Of a stretch of 64,000 bases of DNA, positions 35,936-48,345 are shown in pieces (within the stretch, counting starts at the first letter, position 1; the number at the start of each line of letters is the position of its first letter). This DNA is from Mustelus asterias (taxonomy: Eukaryota): contig NW_027590186.1 in NCBI RefSeq assembly GCF_964213995.1, forward strand, positions 744,001 through 808,000, given 5' to 3'. Position numbers and translations under genes: made by a program. Under the pieces are notes generated by a model that was given only the letters and a program-made list of their open reading frames with translations, made no database searches and had not been told where the DNA came from.

Positions 35936-37036
35936 GTCAGCAGCTTTGTGCCACCGTCACCACTTAACTAGGTGTGTGGGGGGGCGCTGGCGCAATTCTC
36001 ACCAGTCCACCCCCCACCTTTTCGAGCCTGTGGAGGAACCGCAGTACCCAGCGCCGCTCTATTTTCTCCAGGCCCGCGGAGGCATGCGAGCATGCCTTCA
36101 CGGACCGGACGAGCTGCGCCAGGTCCGGCCAGTGGCCGAGGGCTAGCCGGATTATGTCGGAGCGACCGGAATGGTTACGGATAAAGACCCTGAGGTCCTT
36201 GGAGGGGATGAGGGACGACTCGGTGGGGGGCACGAGGGAGTCCCCCGCCTCGCTCTGGGCAGACTCTGAAAGTGTCCCCGTGCCCTCCACCGAGCCGCTG
36301 ACCTCCTCAGGGCGGTCGCCCCTCGACTCCGAGTCCCCCGCCGCAGGACGTACGGCGGGCGGCACGGAGCCACCAACTAGCCCTAGCCCCTCCCCGATCC
36401 CACCCCCAGGATCGGTGGAGGAGGGGTTCCCCCCGGGCTCACCTTTCCCGGATTGCGGGCCCCCGTGCGACGGCGGCCCAGCCGCCCCCTCCGCCCCAGA
36501 CGCTTGGACACCCCCCAGGTCCGGTGTATCCTTCGGACTGAGGTTGGGGATGTCCAGCGTCCAAGGTCGGGACGGAGAGGACGAGTGGATCGTCTCTTCG
36601 CCGCCGCCGCCGCACGAGGACATGAACATTGGAGTGTCGCCCCAGTCCCCCGACAGACTGAAGAAGAACTCCGGGTTGTAACCGGCCGGGTGGAACGGAA
36701 CCGTGGGGGTCCCGCTGCCACCCGGCCCCGGAGACTCCTCGCCGGGGGACTGAGGCAACACATGCTTGGATTTACAGGGTGCCTTGCCCCCTTTTTTCTG
36801 GGGACAAGGCACAAAGACAGGTGGGGGCACGGCAGGAGATGACTCACAAGGGGGGAGGGGCACGCAGACCTCAAACTCTACGGTGCCCGAGGGGCCCCGC
36901 CTCTTTTTGTTAACCTGCCCTCGGGCAGGCGAGGCCCCTCGCCCTCCGCCCCTCTTCGCCTTGCCGCGCCCCCCCTGCTCTCCCGTCACTTCCCCCCGAG
37001 GTGGCGGCGTCGCCAGATTTGCCGGCTCGGGGTCGC

Positions 37037-38065
37037 TTACCCCCCCATGCTCGGGCCCATGATCCCGGGCGCCGGACCCAGCACTAGGCCCCGGAGAGCC
37101 CACGGGCCCGGCAGATGGTGGTGGTGGTGGGGGAGGGGGGCGCAGGTGGAGACTGAGGCGGTCCCCGAGCCGGCTGCCGGGGTGGTTGGGGTGTTTTCCC
37201 TGGGGGCCGGGGTTCCGGTACCCCCCTTCTTTTTTGTAGGTCCCTTATGGGCCTTTTGGCCGCGCGGGGGCTCCGCTCCCCCCCCGCCGGCAGCTGAGGT
37301 GGCAGCTGCTGCCGGCGTGGCCTCCCCTCGCGGGGGGGCAGATGGTACTGGTTTGGGGGGAGAGGGGGCTGCGGTGCCAGCTGCGGCCGCCTTGGGTTGG
37401 TGGTCGGCGGCCTTGGAGACGGGGCAGTTTTTTCTCACGTGCCCCGCCTCCTTACAGGCATGGCACCGCACACCGTCCGCGGACCAAAAGACCCGGTACG
37501 TGGTCCCCTCGTGGGGGACATTGAACCCTCCCTCCAGTTCCTCCTCCCGGGCCAGGCGGACAAAAACCTGGCGCCGGAAGGAGTATATGTGGCGGAGGGA
37601 GGGGTCCCGAAGGCCGAGCGGGATCGGCTGCACCCCGGACCTGACCTCCCCCAGTAGATGGAGGTGGGGGAGGAGGAGCTCACTCGGTAGGAAGGGCGGG
37701 ACGTTTGATATTACTATCTTGTGGGCGGTGGCCTCCAAAGGGTCCACCGCCAGGAACGTCCCGCCCACCGTGAGCCCCTTTTCCAGGGCGAGGCGAACCG
37801 CCCGCTCGGCCTTCAGGAAGAATACGGCCCGGCCGTACATCTTAGAGGCCGCGACAATGGCTGAGGGGCCGACAACCCCAGCCATTGCCTTAACGCAGGC
37901 CTCGATAGACATGTCGGGGTGGGCGTAGCACTTCACCCCGAGCTGCCGCGTGATTAAAGAGAATGGCGGCAGGGCCTTGGGAGCGGCGGGGGCTCTGGCA
38001 GCCGCCACGCCCGCATAGGTGGGCCGAGAAGGCCCTGCCACCGGCGACGCTGGTGATGACGCCAT
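37037..38065 (-). CDS. Tx1 ORF1 N-terminal part (gag-like, zinc knuckle)
   Basis: 342-aa ORF with CX2CX4HX4C. The Pro/Gly-rich continuation is the ORF at 35964-37103. Confidence 0.82.
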   Translation of the reverse strand: MASSPASPVAGPSRPTYAGVAAARAPAAPKALPPFSLITRQLGVKCYAHPDMSIEACVKAMAGVVGPSAIVAASKMYGRAVFFLKAERAVRLALEKGLTVGGTFLAVDPLEATAHKIVISNVPPFLPSELLLPHLHLLGEVRSGVQPIPLGLRDPSLRHIYSFRRQVFVRLAREEELEGGFNVPHEGTTYRVFWSADGVRCHACKEAGHVRKNCPVSKAADHQPKAAAAGTAAPSPPKPVPSAPPRGEATPAAAATSAAGGGGAEPPRGQKAHKGPTKKKGGTGTPAPRENTPTTPAAGSGTASVSTCAPLPHHHHHLPGPWALRGLVLGPAPGIMGPSMGG

Positions 38066-38459
38066 TGTATCAGGGGAAGTGCTACACCCACCCCGAGACT
38101 GCCCAGATGCACGGCAGGGCGTATATGTGGAGGGAAAAATAAGGGAGGGTGGGGTAGGTGGGTAGGGGTGTAGGTGTTCTCTCCCCGGAGTGAGAGAGGG
38201 AGAGAGGAGGTCGGAGCAGTGGGAGGGAGATGAGGCACAAGGCTGGTGCCCCAGTCAGGAGGGAAAAAGGGGAGGGTGCACCAATCTTGGGGATAGCAGC
38301 AGTGGGTAGGGGAATTAGGAAAAAGGTCTTCACCCCCCCCACTGCAGATGGAGAAGAGACAGTCCAAACGCCTTCGCCCCCCCCCCCCCCCTTCTCCTCC
38401 AGTTACTCTGTCCTCTCTTCCTCCCTCCCCCCGGGGAGAGCACACCCTCCAGAGGCCGG

Positions 38460-39640
38460 ATGGCAGGCAAGCAGGCAGTCCAGACGGCAGGCAGCCCAGA
38501 CGGCAGGCAGGCAGGCAGTCCAGACGGCAGGCAGGCAGGTAGGTAAGCAGGCCAGACGGCAGGCAGGCAGGTAAGCAGGCCAGACGGCAGGCAGGCAGGT
38601 AAGCAGGCCAGACGGCAGGCAGGCAGGTAAGCAGGCCAGACGGCAGGCAGGCAGGTAAGCAGGCCAGACGGCAGGCAGGCAGGTAAGCAGGCCAGACGGC
38701 AGGCAGGCAGGTAAGCAGGCCAGACGGCAGGCAGGCAGGTAAGCAGGCCAGACGGCAGGCAGGCAGGTAAGCAGGCCAAACGGCAGGCAGGCAGGTAAGC
38801 AGGCCAGACGGCAGGCAGGCAGGTAAGCAGGCCAGACGGCAGGCAGGCAGGTAAGCAGGCCAGACGGCAGGCAGGCAGGTAAGCAGGCCAGACGGCAGGC
38901 AGGCAGGTAAGCAGGCCAGACGGCAGGCAGGCAGGTAAGCAGGCCAGACGGCAGGCAGGCAGGTAAGCAGGCCAGACGGCAGGCAAGCAGGCCAGACGGC
39001 AGGCAGGCAGGTAAGCAGGCCAGACGGCAGGCAGGCAGGTAAGCAGGCCAGACGGCAGGCAGGCAGGTCAGCAGGCCAGACGGCAGGCAGGCAGGTAAGC
39101 AGGCCAGACGGCAGGCAGGCAGGTAAGCAGGCCAGACGGCAGGCAGGCAGGTAAGCAGGCCAGACGGCAGGCAGGCAGGTAAGCAGGCCAGACGGCAGGC
39201 AGGCAGGTAAGCAGGCCAGACGGCAGGCAAGCAGGCCAGACGGCAGGCAGGCAGGTAAGCAGGCCAGACGGCAGGCAGGCAGGTAAGCAGGCCAGACGGC
39301 AGGCAGGCAGGTCAGCAGGCCAGACGGCAGGCAGGCAGGTCAGCAGGCCAGACGGCAGGCAGGCAGGTAAGCAGGCCAGACGGCAGGCAGGCAGGTAAGC
39401 AGGCCAGACGGCAGGCAGGCAGGTAAGCAGGCCAGACGGCAGGCAGGCAGGTAAGCAGGCCAGACGGCAGGCAGGCAGGTAAGCAGGCCAGACGGCAGGC
39501 AGGCAGGTAAGCAGGCCAGACGGCAGGCAGGCAGGTAAGCAGGCCAGACGGCAGGCAGGCAGGTAAGCAGGCCAGACGGCAGGCAGGCAGGTAAGCAGGC
39601 TAGACGGCAGGCAGGCAGGCAACAGGCAGGCCGGGCAAGG
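38460..39640. repeat. 28-bp minisatellite (AAGCAGGCCAGACGGCAGGCAGGCAGGT)n, roughly 40 copies, in the Tx1 5' UTR
   Basis: Near-perfect tandem array. It yields 28-aa periodic spurious ORFs (3 x 28 nt). Confidence 0.95.
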
Positions 39641-39936
39641 CAGGCAGCAGCTCACCTCCCTCCTTCCTCCCCGCAGGGAGCGAAAAACAAACAAACCCAA
39701 CAAAACAAAAACAAAAACCGGGCGTCTCCGTGAGCAAAAACGAGAGAAAAAAAAAAATAAAGGTACTCACAAAAAAAGAAAAGAAAACAAACCCACAGTT
39801 TCCGCCCGGCTCCGACCCGGGGCCCCCCGCTACTCGGGCGAACACGAATCCACCTCACCCCGGAAACAAAACTGGGTGTTGTCCGAGAGGAGGCACGTCT
39901 CAGGCCGTCTGAAGCTCAATCTTCATTCAGAGAGAC

Positions 39937-41559
39937 CTCTTTTTAGGTCAAACCAAGTAAACAAACTCAAATTAAATCAGGACAAAGTAAAAGGGGAGCT
40001 CCCCAAAAAGGAGGGGGAACAGCCCGAACAGAAATCAAAATGCAAAGGAAACTTAAAAACATCAAATTAAAATGTGGTTATCAGGGTCAATAATGCACCC
40101 CAACCCCTGCGGTGCCCAGCGGGCGCGGAAAGCGTCAACCTCGCCCGTGGACACCGCATGCTCCCTCTCCAGGGACACCTGGCCGCGAACGTAGCCGCGG
40201 TAGAGGGGAAGACAGTCAGGATGGACGGCCCCCTCGATCGCCCGCTGCCTGGACCGGTAAATGGCGCGTTTCGCCAGGCCCAGGAGCAGGTTCACGAGGA
40301 GGTCGCCATCCCGACCCTCCCCTCTCCGCACCGGGTGTCCGTAGATCAGGAGCGTGGGACTGAAGTGCAAACAAAATATCAATAAAAGGTTCTTCAGGAA
40401 AACATAAAGGGAGTGCAGCCTAAGACACTCAACATAGACATGGTCCACGGACTCCACAAGGCCACAGAAAGGGCAGTCTTCGGAGCCCGTGAACCAGTGA
40501 ATCCTACGGTTGTGCGGAACTGCTGCATGCATCACCCTCCACCCCAGGTCCCCGACGTAATTGGGGGAGATCCCTCCGTAGAGGGACCTCCAGCGGGGAC
40601 CTCCGCCGCCCGGCGGCAACAAGGCCCGCCAAGGTGTATCCGGGCGACAGGCGAGGAGGCGGTAGTGGAGGGTGTGCAGCAGCAGCCCGCACAGGAAACG
40701 CCTCCGCGCGGTAGAAAAAGGCACGGAGGGCATTTCCGCGAGGCGGCTCAGGCTGTGGGGCACCTCACCCAGGGGAGGGGGCTGAGGCTTTGGGCCAATG
40801 TGGAATTCCGCCCGAACAGGGGAACGCTCGGGCGGGATCCCACCGCACGCCTGCGCCGTCTCAAGTTTGCGTGCAGTTTCGGGGCCGAGCACGACCGTCC
40901 TAAGGTCTAGGATGGCTTTGGCCGCGCGCCGGACGGACGTCCCCGCGCGCTCAGCCAGCACGCGGGGACTCATCCAGCCCGCTCCTCCGCCATCGAGCAC
41001 GTCCCCGATTCTGGTCACCCCGGCGTCCACAGCCCCCCTCTCCGCCAGCCACCTGAAGTTATACGGCTGGAGGAGCGGATTCCTGAGCAGCGGCTCTCGC
41101 ACGAGAGCCGCTACTCCTGACGGGGGAGAGCTGCGTCGCGAGGCGACCTTGTTCCAGACAGTGAGGAGGTCCTGGTAAAAGACGGGCAACTCCTGCAGGG
41201 CGGTCGAAGCACGCCCCAGTTCGATATGCAGGAGCCGCACGTCATAATTGAGACCATGCCACTGGCGGAAGAAATACGTCGCCATGGCACACCACTGTGG
41301 AGGGGGCTCAACGTAAAGGTACCTCTACAGGGCCTGGAGACGGAAGGTCGCTATCTGAGTGCGGAGGCACACCAGACCTTGTCCGCCCTCCTCAAGCGGG
41401 AGATACAGGACCGCAGCAGGGACCCAGTGCAGTCGATTGTCCCAGAAGAACCGCATGAGGATTCTCTGGATATCGGTGACAAAGCCAGGGGGAGGGGTCA
41501 AAGGGACCAGCCGGTACCACAGCATGGAGGCGACCAGCGGGTTTATGATGAGAACTCAC
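39937..41559 (-). mobile_element. 5'-truncated second copy of the same Tx1 family (ORF2 C-terminus + 3' UTR)
   Basis: Highly similar to 31936-33540. Open 407-aa frame includes CPFC...H...C. Same 3' terminus (CCTAAAAAGAG). Confidence 0.92.
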
Positions 41560-41802
41560 CTCTTAACCTTCTTCTCTCGAACGAAAACAGCCTCAAGTCC
41601 CTCAGCCTTTGCTCATAAGACCTTCCCACCATACCATGTTCCAGTTGGATTGTATCATCCCCAGCAGTTACACACGACACACACACAGTCCAGAAGAGAC
41701 ACACGTGTGGAAGATGATGCTGTCGGAGGCAGAGGTGCCTCGAGCTGTCCATGCAGCAACGCAGCTCCAGTGCGCTGAAGGCTGTCCTCCTCGGCAGTAA
41801 TC

Positions 41803-43518
41803 ACCTGCCACCGGCCTGCGCCTTCACAAGACTCTGGACACAATGGGTAAAGAGAGATAGAGAGTGAGAGATGGATTCATATATATACATGATGAGAGAG
41901 AGAGAGAGATTGCCCCAATACAAACATCGCTCCCCAACCTCTCTATCCCCCTCCCCAGCAACTATCTGAAGCTCAATTAATGTCACAACATTACTGCCAT
42001 CTTTTACCCAAAACTTAGCTTCAGACCCTGTCCCTCTATATTTAACCAGCCCGTCTCTGACATCTCCTCCAGTCACACAACCCTGTGAGATGTCTGCACC
42101 GCTCTAATTGTGGCATCATGAGCGTTCCACATGCAACATGACTTGCATCGATAAACTCTCATCTCCAACATTTCAATTGAAATTTCAAAGCTCAATGGCT
42201 TTGAAGCCGAATGGTCCAGATTGCCATGGCCTTCAATGTGAACAAGTTGTTTGTGATGTCACTACAGAGGTTGTCTAGGAAACAATGACTGAACACAGGG
42301 GGTGAATGTGAGAAGCTGAAGTTTCCACTTGAAGACATTCCCAGTGTCTCTGAGCAGCTGAACTGGGGAAGCCTTTGGGCAGAGACTGTGCTGCTGCTAT
42401 TGCCCTTCCTGGCCACCAGGTGTCGCTGTAACGCTCCCGGGGGCTGCTCCTCCCAGTGTCACCTCTTGCCCACTCCGGCCCATGCTCGTTGGCGGGACAG
42501 CAGGGGGGTCTGTCGAGGGGGCGGGGCGACCTGTGCGCATGTGCGGGACGGGAATGCTCCCAGAGGTCAGCGCGCGGGACGCCGCCGCATTGATGCCGTC
42601 TCCCCTGGCAACGCAAGATGGTCGCCGCCGCCGTCTCCCTTGGCAACGGAATATGGCCGCTGGCCGTCTCCCTTGGCAACGCAAAATGGCCGCCGGCGGT
42701 GGGTGTCATTGCGGCGCACGCGCAGTGAGGTCTGTCTGCAGCCATTGTCCAGGTTGCCCCCAGTGGATGGGGTTGGGATTGTGCAGCAGATGGAGCAACA
42801 ATCCCAGTTTCAATAGGGGGACAGAAGCTGCAATGCTGCCCCCTGTTGGTCACTTCTCCCAGTCTCAGCATTGCAGAGTGTTTAAACAAGAGTGCATTGT
42901 CACAGCAGCACCTTCACCTTCAGTTTCAGTTTATTTATTAGTGTCAGAAGTAGGCTTACATTAACACTGCAATGAAGTTACTGTGAGAATCCCCTAGTCG
43001 CCCACACTCCGGCGCCTGTTCGGGTTACACTGAGGGAGAATTTAGCACGGCCAATGCACCCTAACCAGCACATCTTTCAGACTGTGGGAGGAAACCGGAG
43101 CACCCGGAGGAAACCCACGCAGACACGGGGAGGGGACAGCCCGGGGGAAAGCTCCATTCCAACTGTCCCTGGAGTGTCAGATTAACCTGGGTCACTCACG
43201 CACCCCCCGGCTAAGACTCACCTCCCTCAGACAGTGAGACCCTCCTGTATCACTCACCTTACTGTAGTCAGATACCCTCAGACTCAGCACTGGGCCCTGG
43301 GCGTGTTCTTTAAATGCTGCGACCTATCGTGGAGGAAAGAATTGGGAGGATTTTGATTTGATTTGATTTATTATTGTCGCATGTATTGGGATACAGTGAA
43401 AAGTATTGTTTCTTGTATGCTGTACAGACAAAACATACCGTTCATAGAGTACATTGGGGAGAAGTAAAAGAGAGGGTGCAGAATGTAGTGTTGCAGTCAT
43501 AGGTAGGGTGTAGAGAGA
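41803..43518. repeat. Local duplication A, copy 1 (paralog 46749-48345); contains a CpG-rich promoter-like block and a SINE
   Basis: Near-identical sequence from cctgccaccggcctgcgcc to gggtgtagagaga in both places, with indels inside the CpG block. Confidence 0.9.
42835..42849 (-). promoter_or_regulatory. CTCF-like motif CCAACAGGGGGCAGC (second copy at 47662-47676)
   Basis: One mismatch to the CCASYAGRKGGCRS core consensus. Confidence 0.55.
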
Positions 43519-44034
43519 CATTCCCAAAGCAGCCACAGAAAAGTGACTGGTTATTTTAAACATTGAACCTGAACTATTTGAGCTGATGATTCACTCACAT
43601 TGTACAGAAATGTTGATCCTGTTTTGATGAGACTGATCAGATTAACATTGTAACATGAAGACAGCCTCCGTACTGAGATTAACCACATTTACAACAATTC
43701 CGCAATATCAGATCCATTGCTGTGTGTATTGTGTGAATTCAGCTGTGAAATATCTGGACATTTGGAGCTTCCACTGTTTCTGTCATTTCATCATTTATTA
43801 AAGTACGTTGTTCTATCCCTTTTAAATCTAAGTTGTGTCAGTTTACATTTCCCTGCAGCACTGAAACCTCTCCACCAGTTTTGTCCATGTACAAAATATG
43901 AATAACTCTTTGCAATGTGATGTTTCCAGCTGCGCTGCTTACAATGCTGTCTAATGTTTTGTGTCATCGGCAAACCAGGATGTGTAGCATTCAGTCACAT
44001 TAAATGGTCAATAAATATGTCAATACTGTGTATA

Positions 44035-44072
<38 letters not shown>

Positions 44073-44150
44073 CATGCATGTGTGTCAATGTATTTGAATC
44101 TCAAATATGTGCAGTTGGAGGCCATTTGACCCATCGAGCCTGCTCCCCCA

Positions 44151-44313
44151 NNNNNNNNNNNNNNNNNNNNNNNNNNNNNNNNNNNNNNNNNNNNNNNNNN
44201 NNNNNNNNNNNNNNNNNNNNNNNNNNNNNNNNNNNNNNNNNNNNNNNNNNNNNNNNNNNNNNNNNNNNNNNNNNNNNNNNNNNNNNNNNNNNNNNNNNNN
44301 NNNNNNNNNNNNN
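44151..44313. other. N run (assembly gap or mask). Others at 54442-54620 and 61661-61795
   Basis: Runs of n next to CA-rich low-complexity sequence. Confidence 0.98.
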
Positions 44314-44736
44314 ACACACACTCACAGACACACATGCACAAAGACCCAGAGAGAGACACACACACAGACACAGACACTCACTCACAGACACACGCAGAGA
44401 AACACAATCACACACACAGAAACACACATTGAAATAGACACTTACACACACTTAGAAACTGTCTCTCTCTCTCACAGACACACACACAGAAATACAAAAA
44501 CATAAGCGCACCGACACTCTTATTCCTATTTCTGTTTTACTCCTCAATCCCCCAACTAAAAAGTACTGGGATCTGAACTTGAAATGCTGGAACTGATCAT
44601 GGAGGAACGAGTGGGGCCTAATAGACACTGAGAAGTTAACTTGTGTATGAATCATAGAATGGGGACAGCACAGGAGGCCATTCAGCCCGTCAAGCCTGGA
44701 TCGACACACTGCAAGAGCAGTTTCACTATTCCCAAT

Positions 44737-45734
44737 CAAAGAACAAAGAACAATACAGCACAGGAACAGGCCCTTCGGCCCTCCAAGCCCGCGCCGCTCC
44801 CCGGTCCAGGATTGAATCCTGAATCCAGGATCCCCGCCCAATTTTCCAGCCTATCTACATCCTAATATCCTATCCACCGAGCTGTCCCTCACAGCTACGA
44901 TTCTTTGTTCATCACAACCTATTAACTCACCCCCACCCCCCCATTCCAGACCATGTGATCTCCAGGGAGAGGCGAAAACCCAGAGTGAAAACCCCAGGGC
45001 CAATATGGGGAAAAAAAATCTGGGAAATTCCTCTCCGACCCCCTGAGGCGATCGAAACGAGTCCAGGAGATCACACTGGCCCTGATCAGAAACTGCTTCC
45101 CAACCCTAGTCATTTCCACTTCTGCTTTACGAACACCATCTGAATTCCCTGCCCCCGAGACAGGTTCCCAACTATCCGCAGTCTCGCTCTGTACTGGCAC
45201 CAGCAAGATGATCATAGAATGAAGCCTTGAAACGAGAAACAAAGAACAATTAGCCCGCGCCTCTCCCTGGTCCAAACTAGACCACTCTTTTGTATCCCTC
45301 CATTCCCACTCCGTTCATATAGCTGTCTAGATAAGTCTTAAACGTTCCCAGTGTGTCCGCCTCCACCACCTTGTCCGGCAACACATTCCAGGCCCCCACC
45401 ACCCTCTGTGTAAAATATGTCCTTCTGATATCAGTGTTAAACCTTCCCCCCTTCACCTTGAACCTATGACCCCTTGTGAACGTCACCACCGACCCGGGGA
45501 AAAGCTTCCCACCGTTCACCCTATCTATGCCTTTCATAATTTTATACACCTCTATTAAGTCTCCCCTCATCCTCCGTCTTTCCAAGGAGAACAACCCCAG
45601 TTTCCCCAATCTCTCCTCATAACCAAGCCCCTCCATACCAGGCAACATCCTGGTAAACCTCCTCTGTACTCTCTCCAAAGCCTCCACGTCCTTCTGGGAG
45701 TGTGGCGACCAGAACTGGACGCAGTATTCCAAAT
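44737..45734 (-). mobile_element. CR1 3' fragment inserted after duplication B
   Basis: LEYCVQFWSP...RGDLIEVYKIM frame. Absent from the paralog near 62295. Confidence 0.88.
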
Positions 45735-45949
45735 CCTCCACCCTCTCCCCGTAACCCTGTCAATATTTTCCCTTCAGCTTCCCATTCAATTTCCTCTTGA
45801 TGGAATCTTCTCCCACCTCTGACTCAGACAGAACATGATGTGGAGATGCCGGCGTTGGACTGGGGTAAACACAGTAAGAAGTTTAACAACACCAGCTTAA
45901 AGTCCAACAGCTTTATTTGGGAGCAAAAGCCACACAAGCTTTCGGAGCT

Positions 45950-46456
45950 TCAATCCCCTTCTTCAGGTGAGTGGGAATTCTGTTCACAAACAGGGCATAT
46001 AAAGACAGGGCAAACAGGGCATATAAAGAGGTTTGAAGACTGAGTGAATCTCTTCCCACACACACAGCAAGTGAACGGCCTCTCTCCAGTGTGGATTCGC
46101 CGATGTTTCAGCAGATGGGATGAGGTAATGAATCCCTTCCCACACTGGGAGCAGGTGAATGGCCTCTCCTCAGTGTGAGTTCTCTGGTGTATATGTAAGC
46201 TGTTTGACTGAGTGAATCCCTTCCCACACTGGGAGCAGGTGAATGGTCTCTCCCTGCTGTGACTGCCCCGATGAATCTCCAGCTGGGGTGGGTAATCAAA
46301 TCCCTTCCCACAGTCCCCACATTTCCACAGCTTCTCCCTGTTGTGACTGCAATTATGTTCCGAAAGCCTGGATGATTGGTTGAAGTCCTGTCCACACACA
46401 GAACACGTGTACAGGTTCTCTCCCCTAAAAATGGTGCTTTTTCCTTCCATGTTCAA
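45950..46456 (-). pseudogene. C2H2 zinc-finger gene coding exon, truncated (four fingers plus a partial fifth)
   Basis: CxxC...HxxxH repeats with HTGERPF/HTEERPF linkers. The fifth finger is cut near 46028 by Penelope-like sequence. Candidate splice acceptor near 46560 and candidate 5' exon donors near 48020-48085. Confidence 0.8.
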
Positions 46457-46748
46457 AACACAATGATATTCAGGTTACAATAAATTGGCTAACTCCAGCA
46501 GGTTTCGATATCATATTTGGTTTCAGTTTCCCAACTGCAAATCCTCCTCTTCTAAAACCCTGGGAAATTGAGTTCGAACAGAAAAAAGGAAGTGAGAGAG
46601 AACCCACAAAAACACAAAGGCAGATTGTGAAATTGAGCTGAATGAATCTGATCATTTGTGGGGCCGGCGCGAGGAAAAAGTGATCATGAAAACTACTGGA
46701 TTGTCACAATAATCTGACAGGTTCGGTAATGTCCTTCAGGAAACAGAA

Positions 46749-48345
46749 CCTGCCACCGGCCTGCGCCTTCACAAGACTCTGGACACAATGGGTAAAGAGA
46801 GATAGAGAGTGAGAGATGGATTCATATATATACATGATGAGAGAGAGAGAGAGATTGCCCCAATACAAACATCACTCCCCAACCTCTCTATCCCCCTCCC
46901 CAGCAACTATCTGAAGCTAAATTAATGTCACAACATTACTGCCATCTTTTACCCAAAACGTAGCTTCAGACCCTGTCCCTCTATATTTAACCACCCCGTC
47001 TCTGACATCTCCTCCAGTCACACAACCCTGTGAGATGTCTGCACTGCTCTAATTGTGGCATCATGAGCGTTCCACATGCAACATGACTTGCATCGATAAA
47101 CTCTCATCTCAAACATTTCAATTGAAATTTCAAAGCTCAATGTCTTTGAAGCCGAATGGTCCAGATTGCCATGGCCTTCAATGTGAACAAGTTGTTTGTG
47201 ATGTGACTACAGAGGTTGTCTAGGAAACAATGACTGAACACAGGGGGTGAATGTGAGAAGCTGAAGTTTCCACTTGAAGACATTCCCAGTGTCTCTGAGC
47301 AGCTGAACTGGGGAAGCCTTTGGGCAGAGACTGTGCTGCTGCTATTGCCCTTCCCGGCCACCAGGCGTCGCTGTGACGCTGCCGGGGGCTGCCTGTGCGC
47401 ATGTGCGGGACGGGAATGCTCCCAGAGGTCAGCGCGCGGGACGCCGCCGCATTGATGCCGTCTCCCCTGGCAACGCAATATGGCCGCTGGCCGCCTCCCT
47501 TGGCAACGCAAAATGGCCGCCGGCGGTGGGTGTCATTGTTGCGCATGCGCAGTGAGGTCTGTCTGCAGCCATTGTCCAGATTGCCCCCAGTGGATGGGGT
47601 TGGGATTGTGCAGCAGATGGAGCAACAATCCCAGTTTCAATAGGGGGACAGAAGCTGCAATGCTGCCCCCTGTTGGTCACTTCTCCCAGTCTCAGCATTG
47701 CAGAGTGTTTAAACAAGAGTGCATTGTCACAGCAGCACCTTGACCTTCAGTTTCAGTTTATTTATTAGTCTCAGAAGTAGGGTTACATTAACACTACAAT
47801 GAAGTTACTGTGAGAATCCCCTAGTCGCCCACACTCCGGCGCCTGTTCAGGTTACACTGAGGGAGAATTTAGCATGGCCAATGCACCCTAACCAGCACAT
47901 CTTTCAGACTGTGGGAGGAAACCGGAGCACCCGGAGGAAACCCACGCAGACACGGGGAGGGGACAGCCCGGGGGAAAGCTCCATTCCAACTGTCCCTGGA
48001 GTGTCAGATTAACCTGGGTCACTCACGCACCCCCCGGCTAAGACTCACCTCCCTCAGACAGTGAGACCCTCCTGTATCACTCACCTTACTGTAGTCACAT
48101 ACCCTCAGACTCAGCACTGGGCCCTGGGCGTGTTCTTTAAATGCTGCGACCTATCGTGGAGGAAAGAATTGGGAGGATTTTGATTTGATTTGATTTATTA
48201 CTGTCGCATGTATTGGGATACAGTGAAAAGTATTGTTTCTTGTATGCTGTACAGACAAAACATACCGTTCATAGAGTACATCGGGGAGAAGTAAAAGAGA
48301 GGGTGCAGAATGTAGTGTTACAGTCATAGGTAGGGTGTAGAGAGA
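46749..48345. repeat. Local duplication A, copy 2 (5' region of the zinc-finger gene)
   Basis: See copy 1. Contains GCGCATGCGC (NRF1-type) and AAAATGGCCGCC (YY1-type) motifs. Confidence 0.9.

Larger units (their letters stand above)
31936..39936 (-). mobile_element. Full-length Tx1-clade (L1 group) non-LTR retrotransposon, frameshifted
   Basis: ORF1 38065-35964 is split across two frames and has a CCHC knuckle (CHACKEAGHVRKNC). ORF2 from 35935 has an APE endonuclease (SLNING, LQETH, GGDFN, RLDRLY, TDH) and RT (NWRPVSLL, QGCPLS, YADD). C-terminal third is frameshifted. GC-rich relative to the flanks. Confidence 0.92.
43519..46005. repeat. Local duplication B, copy 1 (paralog 61010-62565), with an extra CR1 insertion
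   Basis: Near-identical from acattcccaaagcagccacag through the Penelope-like end, apart from the 44737-45734 insertion. Confidence 0.9.

Noticed and set aside
35069-37928. Long plus-strand ORFs (300, 235 and 293 aa)
   Set aside because: Antisense shadows of the GC-rich Tx1 ORFs.
38330-39703. Long Cys/Leu/Pro/Ala-rich ORFs of 211-275 aa
   Set aside because: Translations of the 28-bp minisatellite.
43580-43642. Possible C/D-box snoRNA (TGATGA...CTGA)
   Set aside because: No clear terminal stem, and the CTGA box is GTGA in the paralogous copy near 61125.
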